Assembly: GCA_963752475.1 (NCBI GenBank)
Contig: CAVVYR010000006.1
Coordinates: forward strand, 544,001-608,000
Reading direction: 5' to 3'
DNA length: 64,000 nt
DNA from: an uncultured Chloroflexia bacterium
Lineage (GTDB): Bacteria; Chloroflexota; Limnocylindria; Limnocylindrales; CSP1-4
Each line of letters starts with the position of its first letter. Positions within the stretch are counted from its first letter, which is position 1. This document shows positions 58,643 to 64,000 of this stretch, one piece after another. A program made the translations under genes and the position numbers. The notes below the pieces were generated by a model, which saw nothing but the letters and a program-made list of their open reading frames with translations, was not told the origin of the DNA and searched no databases.

Positions 58643-59118
58643 TCAGCCCTCGCGACGATCTCGGAGCGCGAGGGTGCGGAGGCCTGCGAGCTCGTTGCTC
58701 GAGATCGTCACGAACCGATGCGGCATGTCGCTCTCGCCTTCGACGAGCATGCGCAGCAGGAAGGCATCGCCCTGGTCGACGATCAGCACGTGCGAGCCCC
58801 CGGCACGGACGATGTAGCGCCCAAGCAGCCGGAAGGCCTCCTCGTTGCGGTTGGCCCGGTGTCGCGTGCCGCGGTGTCCGCTCCCCATGGAGGACGCCTC
58901 GGCGACTCCAGCGTCGCTGAAGTGCGTCTCGATGACCCGGTAGCGGCGGTCGGTGCCCGCCTCGAGGATGTCGCCTTCGTAGCGCAAGGCCGTGACCCCG
59001 AAGCCAGACGACAGCTCCACCACCATCACGTCGCTGAGGGTGCCCTCGTCGAAGACCAGGCCGAGCGAGCGCAGCGCTTGTTCGTAGTCTCGCCTCGGCT
59101 TCCCCCTTCGCTGCTCAC
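58643..59118 (-). CDS. Hypothetical protein, apparently frameshifted near its start
   Basis: Coding-like frame DYEQALRSLG..; the GTGA-coupled start at 59118 is out of frame across a G5 run. Confidence 0.5.
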
Positions 59119-60392
59119 GCCGCCCCCAGTTCGTCGAGCGCCTCGCCCAGCCGTTCGATCTCCTCGGGCGTGTTGTAGTGGCCGAGGCTGGCGCGCACGG
59201 TGCCGCCGGTCTCCGAGAGCCCCAGCGCCTTGTGCAGCTCATAGGCGTAGTGGTCGCCGTTGCGCACGTAGATGCCGCGCTCGCCGAGCGTTCGCGCCAC
59301 GTCTACGGGTCTGTGGCCGGCGAGCGTGAAGGCCACCGTCGGGCAGCGCTCCGAACCGCGGGCAGGATCGGTGATGCCGTACACGGTGATGCCCTTGACC
59401 GCGCTCACGCGTTCCAGCAGTTGCCGCCCCAGGCTCGACTCGTAGCGCCGGATGGCCGAGAGCGCCGCCAGCAGGCGTGAGCGGCGGAACTCGTCGTCGT
59501 GCCCCGGCAGTCCGGGAGCGCCGCCCTGGGTGATGCCGACCTTCTCGAGGTAGCGCATCGTGCCTCCCAGCCCGGCTAGTAGCTCGAAGGGCTTGGTGCC
59601 GGTCTCGAAGCGGCCGGGGATGGCCTCGCCCGCGGGGCGTACATGGAACGGCGGCAGCGACTCCAGCAACGCCCGACGGCCCCAGAGCACGCCCAGGTGC
59701 GGCCCGTAGAACTTGTACGGCGAGCACACGAGGTAGTCGGCGCCAAGGGCCTCGACGTCGGTCGCGAGATGCGGCACCGCGGCCACGGCGTCGACGAAGA
59801 GCTGCGCATCGACGGATCGCGCCAGATTGGCGATCTGCGGGACGGGGTTGATGGTGCCGGTGCCGTTGGACACGAGGCCCACCGCCACGAGCTTCGTCCG
59901 TGGACCGACCACCTGCTCGAGCTCGTCCAGGTCAAGGGTCTGATCATCGGGCCGGAGGCCCACCCAGCGCACCGCCAGACCGTGAGCTTCGGCGACGGCC
60001 AGCCAGGGCGCGACGTTCGCGTCGTGGTCGCCACGCGTGACCACGATCTCGTCGCCCGGCTGCATCGAGGCCCCGATGGCACGGCTGATGGCGAAGACGA
60101 TGGTGGTCATGTTGGGACCGAAGCTGATCTCATCGGGATCGGTCGCGCCGAGCAGGTCGGCCGTGGCTCGTCGTACCTCGGCCACGAGCTCGTCGGTCTC
60201 GATGCTGGGTGCGTTGGGCACGCCATGGTTGGCGTTGCTCGCGAGGTAGTAGTCGTTGATGGAGCGCAGGCAGGTGTCCACGACCTGCGTGCCGGCGGCA
60301 TTGTCGAGCCACACGGCGGGCCGGTCGTCCGGGCCCGGGCGGCGCAGGGCAGGGAAGCGGTAGCGGACGGAGTCGATATCCCAGTCGGTCAT
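59115..60392 (-). CDS. Cysteine desulfurase-like PLP enzyme (class V aminotransferase)
   Basis: LDNAAGTQ, DHDAN, VDAV, SPYKFYGPH, FETGT and VRASLGHYN. Confidence 0.88.
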   Translation of the reverse strand: MTDWDIDSVRYRFPALRRPGPDDRPAVWLDNAAGTQVVDTCLRSINDYYLASNANHGVPNAPSIETDELVAEVRRATADLLGATDPDEISFGPNMTTIVFAISRAIGASMQPGDEIVVTRGDHDANVAPWLAVAEAHGLAVRWVGLRPDDQTLDLDELEQVVGPRTKLVAVGLVSNGTGTINPVPQIANLARSVDAQLFVDAVAAVPHLATDVEALGADYLVCSPYKFYGPHLGVLWGRRALLESLPPFHVRPAGEAIPGRFETGTKPFELLAGLGGTMRYLEKVGITQGGAPGLPGHDDEFRRSRLLAALSAIRRYESSLGRQLLERVSAVKGITVYGITDPARGSERCPTVAFTLAGHRPVDVARTLGERGIYVRNGDHYAYELHKALGLSETGGTVRASLGHYNTPEEIERLGEALDELGAA

Positions 60393-60581
60393 GGCCCGAG
60401 TGTAGAGCGCCGCGCGGTCGTTCTCCGGACGCTGGCTGTGTTCGGCACCACGCTCATCACACGACGTGTCTGATACGTACGTGGCAGGGACGCGCCCATG
60501 GCCGGCACGGCACCACACCGCTAGGGCGCAGCGCTCGTTGCATCGGTCGAAGCCGTCGCGTCTGCCCGGAAGCCAGTCAGG

Positions 60582-62387
60582 CTAGCGCTGCGTCCCCTCT
60601 TCGGTCTCATCGGCAGGGCTATCGGCCTCGAGCTCGAGCGCCTCCCTCGCCTCCAGTGCCTCGTCGGCCCCATCGTTGCTCGAAGCCCGCTGCGCATCCG
60701 TCGCTGCCCAGGCCTCGCGAAGGGCATCGACGGCGATCCGTTCGGAGGGGTACATGCCGGTGGGGCCAAGGCGCTCGACGAGGTCGACCTTGCGCATGCG
60801 GTCGCGCACGTTGCCCTTGGCATGGACGATCACCAGCTGCGATCCGCGCGACTCCAGCGTGCCAGCCAGCTCGTACAGGGCATCAGAGGTCGTCACGTCC
60901 AGCTCGTTCGTGGCCTCGATATCGAGCAGCACCGCTCGAGGCATCTTCTCCATGCCATCGACGGTCCGGGTCACGAGGTCGGTTACGGCCGTCGAGTTGA
61001 AGTAGTACAGCGGGGTGTCGAGACGGAGGATGAGCATGTCCTCGAGCTCCTCGGCCTCCGGGTTGCGCTCGACGTCGACGAACCGGGCCAAGGGCTCAGG
61101 TTGTCGTCCGAGCCTGGCGACCGCCGGCTTGCTGGCCGAGTAGAGCAGGATCACGACCGAGACGAGGGCCGCGATGAGCAGGCCGAAGAGGACGTCGGTG
61201 ATGAGCACGCCGAAGGTGGCGATGGCCGCGACCAGCGCATCAGTGCGGCGCCAGGCGATGTAGCGCTGCCACTCCCGGATGTCGACGAGGTTGATGACCG
61301 CGGTGATGATGACCGCCGCCAGGATGACCTGGGGCAGGTCCTCGAACATCCAGGCCAGCAGGACGATGGTGAGCAACATGCCACCGGCGGTGACCAGCGA
61401 GGACAACTGCGTCCTGTTGCCGGCCGCCTCGCCCGTAGCCATCGAGCTCACGCTGTTGTCGACGGCGAAGCCACCCATGGCGCCGCTCGCGAGGTTGCTC
61501 CCGCCGAGTGCGATGAGTTCCTGGTCGGCATCGATGTGATAGCGGTGGCGGTTGGCGAAGGCGCGACCGGCCGCGAGCGACTCGCCCAGCGCCAGGAACA
61601 TCACGCCTGCCGCGCCAGTGGCCAGGTAGGCGATGTCGCTGAGACCGACCTCGGGGATCGACGGCGCCGACAGGCCGGCGGTGATCTCGCCCACGACCGC
61701 GAGCCCGTCGCTCTCGAGGTCGAGGCCGGCCGAGACCAACGTGGCGCCGGCGACGGCGATGAGCGGGCCGGGGATGCGCCGGTCGATCCGACGCAAGCCG
61801 ATGATCAGGACCATGGCCACGACACCGATGACGAGCCCCGGTACGTACGTATCGGGCAACCCTTCGAGGAAGCTCACGACCTGGTCGAAGAAGTTGCCGT
61901 CGCCGCCTTCGATCCCGAAGAGCTTGGGCAACTGGCCGATGGCGATGGTCATGGCCAGACCGACGATGAAGCCGGTGATCACGGGCTTGGCCAGGAACTC
62001 GGCCAGGAAGCCGAGGCGAAGCACGCCCGCCGCCACGAGCATGGCGCCCACGAGGATGGCCAACATCGCGGTCATGGCGATGTAGGTGGCCGTGTCGCCA
62101 CCTGCTGCCGGCGCCACCACGGACGCTGACATGACGGCCATCGTCGAGCTGGTCGTGACCTTAGCGTGCCGACTCGTGCCGAGGATGGCGTACGCGGTCA
62201 AACCGGCCGTGGCCGTGACCAGACCGACGCTCGCCGGCACGCCGGCGAGCTCGGCATAGGCCAGCGCCACCGGCACCATCACGGCCCAGGACGTGATCCC
62301 CGAGACGACGTCCTTGCCCAGGAGCTCACGGGGGTAGGCGGGCAGCCACTGCGTGATGGGCACGTAGCGATGGAGGACGGACTTCAC
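60582..62387 (-). CDS. SulP-family anion transporter with STAS domain
   Basis: PVALAYAELAG, LRLGFLAEFL, QELIALG and STAS (LYYFN, DVT). Confidence 0.93.
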   Translation of the reverse strand: MKSVLHRYVPITQWLPAYPRELLGKDVVSGITSWAVMVPVALAYAELAGVPASVGLVTATAGLTAYAILGTSRHAKVTTSSTMAVMSASVVAPAAGGDTATYIAMTAMLAILVGAMLVAAGVLRLGFLAEFLAKPVITGFIVGLAMTIAIGQLPKLFGIEGGDGNFFDQVVSFLEGLPDTYVPGLVIGVVAMVLIIGLRRIDRRIPGPLIAVAGATLVSAGLDLESDGLAVVGEITAGLSAPSIPEVGLSDIAYLATGAAGVMFLALGESLAAGRAFANRHRYHIDADQELIALGGSNLASGAMGGFAVDNSVSSMATGEAAGNRTQLSSLVTAGGMLLTIVLLAWMFEDLPQVILAAVIITAVINLVDIREWQRYIAWRRTDALVAAIATFGVLITDVLFGLLIAALVSVVILLYSASKPAVARLGRQPEPLARFVDVERNPEAEELEDMLILRLDTPLYYFNSTAVTDLVTRTVDGMEKMPRAVLLDIEATNELDVTTSDALYELAGTLESRGSQLVIVHAKGNVRDRMRKVDLVERLGPTGMYPSERIAVDALREAWAATDAQRASSNDGADEALEAREALELEADSPADETEEGTQR

Positions 62388-62539
62388 CCTTTGATGGTAT
62401 CGGTCGCCGTCGGGTGGCTGCCGCCCGCCCCTGCCGAGAGGCCTCGTTGGCATTCATCCACCTTGCGTTGTGCTGCCGCCATTCAGCCGATCGCTGTTTC
62501 GTCTTGCGCTGCCGGGCGTTTGGTCCCCGCCACCGCGAC

Positions 62540-62683
62540 CGCGGCCCGGCCGCGGAGGCTGCTGCGCCCGCAGATGCCGGCGGCGACATGATGGCGCAGC
62601 TCAACCAGCTGGCCCAACTGCACAGCGCCGGCGTACTCGACGACGCTGAGTTCGCCGCCGCCAAGGCCAAGCTGCTTTCGTAG
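62540..62683 (+). pseudogene. SHOCT-domain remnant or very small protein
   Basis: AQLNQLAQLHSAGVLDDAEFAAAKAKLL is a SHOCT motif; no convincing N-terminal region. Confidence 0.55.
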
Positions 62684-62774
62684 TCCGCTTGCCTGGCCAC
62701 GGTCAGGTCATCGAAGATAGAGCCGCCGGGCGCTTCGCCCGGTGGCTTTTCGTGTCGGGTCGAGAGGGGAGCGG

Positions 62775-63707
62775 ATGGCAGACATCGACCAGCCCATCGA
62801 CGGGGTCGACTGGGGCAGACAGCAGGACAACGCTGAGGTCCTGCTGTCGCCGGCCTGGGAGGTCTTCATCCTGGGCGTCTCGATCCTAAGCGTGCTCAAC
62901 CTGCTGCTGGTCGGCCTTGTCCGGAGCCCGGATATCGACCAGGTCTTCGTCATCATGGACTCGCTCCTGACGCTGGTCTTCCTGCTCGACCTCTTGCGAC
63001 GCCTCGTCGTAGCGCAGGACCGCCGTCGATACCTGACGAAGGGCTACGGCTGGGTCGATGTCATCGCTGTCTTCCCGGTCCTCCGCATCCTGCGGGTGCT
63101 GCGCATCGTGCGCATGATCCGCGTCATGCGGCGCCTGGGTGGCCCTCTCCAGGCCTTCAAGGCGTTCTTCTCCAATCGCGCAGCCGGCGGTCTGCTGTCC
63201 GTCCTGCTGGTGGCCATCCTCGTGCTCGAGTTCGGCTCGCTGGCCATCCTCTCGGTCGAGCGGGGCCAACCCGAGTCCAACATCCACACCGCCTCGGACG
63301 CGGCCTGGTACCTGCTGGTGACGATGTCGACCGTGGGCTACGGCGACCACTACCCGGTCACCGATGCGGGCCGCATCATCGGCTCGCTCATCATCGTCGT
63401 GGGCGTGGGCGTCTTCGGCACGCTGACCGGCTTCCTGGCCAATGCCTTCCTGGCACCGCGGGAGGCCGTGGCCGCCGTCGAGGCGCCAGCTGGTGAGCGA
63501 CGCCCCTTCGGCGATGACGTTGCTGAGGATGACGAGGAGTCGAGCGAGCAGCCTTCATACCAATCGGACGATGACGCCGCTTGCGCGAGGCGAGTAGCAT
63601 CGCCACACGCAGCGGAGGGAGATCATGATCCTGCTCGGGTGTCTGTTGGCCTTCAGTATCGCGGTCGCGCCACGAGTGGTGCTGGTGCTGGCCTGGATCT
63701 TTGGTGA
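62775..63707 (+). CDS. Voltage-gated potassium channel family protein
   Basis: S4-like RILRVLRIVRMIR and selectivity filter TVGYGD; 3' end uncertain. Confidence 0.88.
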   Translation: MADIDQPIDGVDWGRQQDNAEVLLSPAWEVFILGVSILSVLNLLLVGLVRSPDIDQVFVIMDSLLTLVFLLDLLRRLVVAQDRRRYLTKGYGWVDVIAVFPVLRILRVLRIVRMIRVMRRLGGPLQAFKAFFSNRAAGGLLSVLLVAILVLEFGSLAILSVERGQPESNIHTASDAAWYLLVTMSTVGYGDHYPVTDAGRIIGSLIIVVGVGVFGTLTGFLANAFLAPREAVAAVEAPAGERRPFGDDVAEDDEESSEQPSYQSDDDAACARRVASPHAAEGDHDPARVSVGLQYRGRATSGAGAGLDLW

Positions 63708-64000
63708 CTACTGGGACCTCGTATGGGGCGGTGACTGGGTGATGCCTCTGCTGGGCATCCTCTTCCTGCCCTTCACGACCATCATGTACATGCTGGTGTG
63801 GACGCCGACCATCGGCGGCGGCAACGGCGTCGAGGGTTGGGACTGGATGTGGATCCTGCTGGGCCTGATCCTGGATCTGTCCAAGTGGGCCGGCCTCTGG
63901 GGCAACCGCAACCAGGCGACCGAAACGGCACAGCGCTACTACCCGTCCAGCGCTCCCCGCTATGGCAGCACTGGCGGTACCGGTGCGGCCATCTCCTCCG
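63625..64000 (+). CDS. Small membrane protein (3'-truncated by window edge)
   Basis: GGAGG RBS; MILLGCLLAF..PRVVLVLAWIF..LLGILFLPFTTIMY; open to the window end. Confidence 0.72.
   Translation, partial: MILLGCLLAFSIAVAPRVVLVLAWIFGDYWDLVWGGDWVMPLLGILFLPFTTIMYMLVWTPTIGGGNGVEGWDWMWILLGLILDLSKWAGLWGNRNQATETAQRYYPSSAPRYGSTGGTGAAISS

Noticed and set aside
1-64000. tRNA, rRNA, IS or prophage elements
   Set aside because: None recognised by eye: no transposase, integrase or cloverleaf signatures. A covariance-model scan was not run.

Overview
High-GC bacterial chromosomal window, probably Chloroflexota (an inference from gene content such as the small SWIM protein, the TPR protein and the degenerate MTase-like protein; not verified). 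It is mostly housekeeping DNA. In order: ahcY/metK; two antisense sulfotransferase+GT4 modules interleaved with manC, a phosphomannomutase and a PGI/PMI; a secreted metzincin; a cobalamin riboswitch with a btuFCD-like ABC importer; a vapBC pair; a GcvT-like gene divergent from two paralogous FAD oxidoreductases; surE, AI-2E and trpS; hom-thrC-thrB-lysC-birA; a tightly coupled 12-gene operon (ECF sigma, anti-sigma, accD, accA, BCCP-like, accC, fabZ, phosphoesterase, fabF, accB, fabH, fabG); an LCP gene; an ECF/anti-sigma cassette with a duplicated propeller-like domain; GGDEF, polX, GNAT, TPR and a degenerate DNA-methyltransferase-like gene; two DUF885 paralogs; a cysteine-desulfurase-like gene, SulP and a K+ channel; and several gene remnants. 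The most notable signal is in the fatty-acid operon. It carries two BCCP paralogs, and the one in the usual accB position before accC lacks the biotinylated lysine (DVLGI instead of EAMKL), resembling plant BADC regulators of acetyl-CoA carboxylase. Other signals are an internal SD+GTG start for an aspartokinase beta subunit and many apparently leaderless genes. I saw no tRNA, rRNA, CRISPR array or IS element. No database search was run; all calls are from motif recognition.
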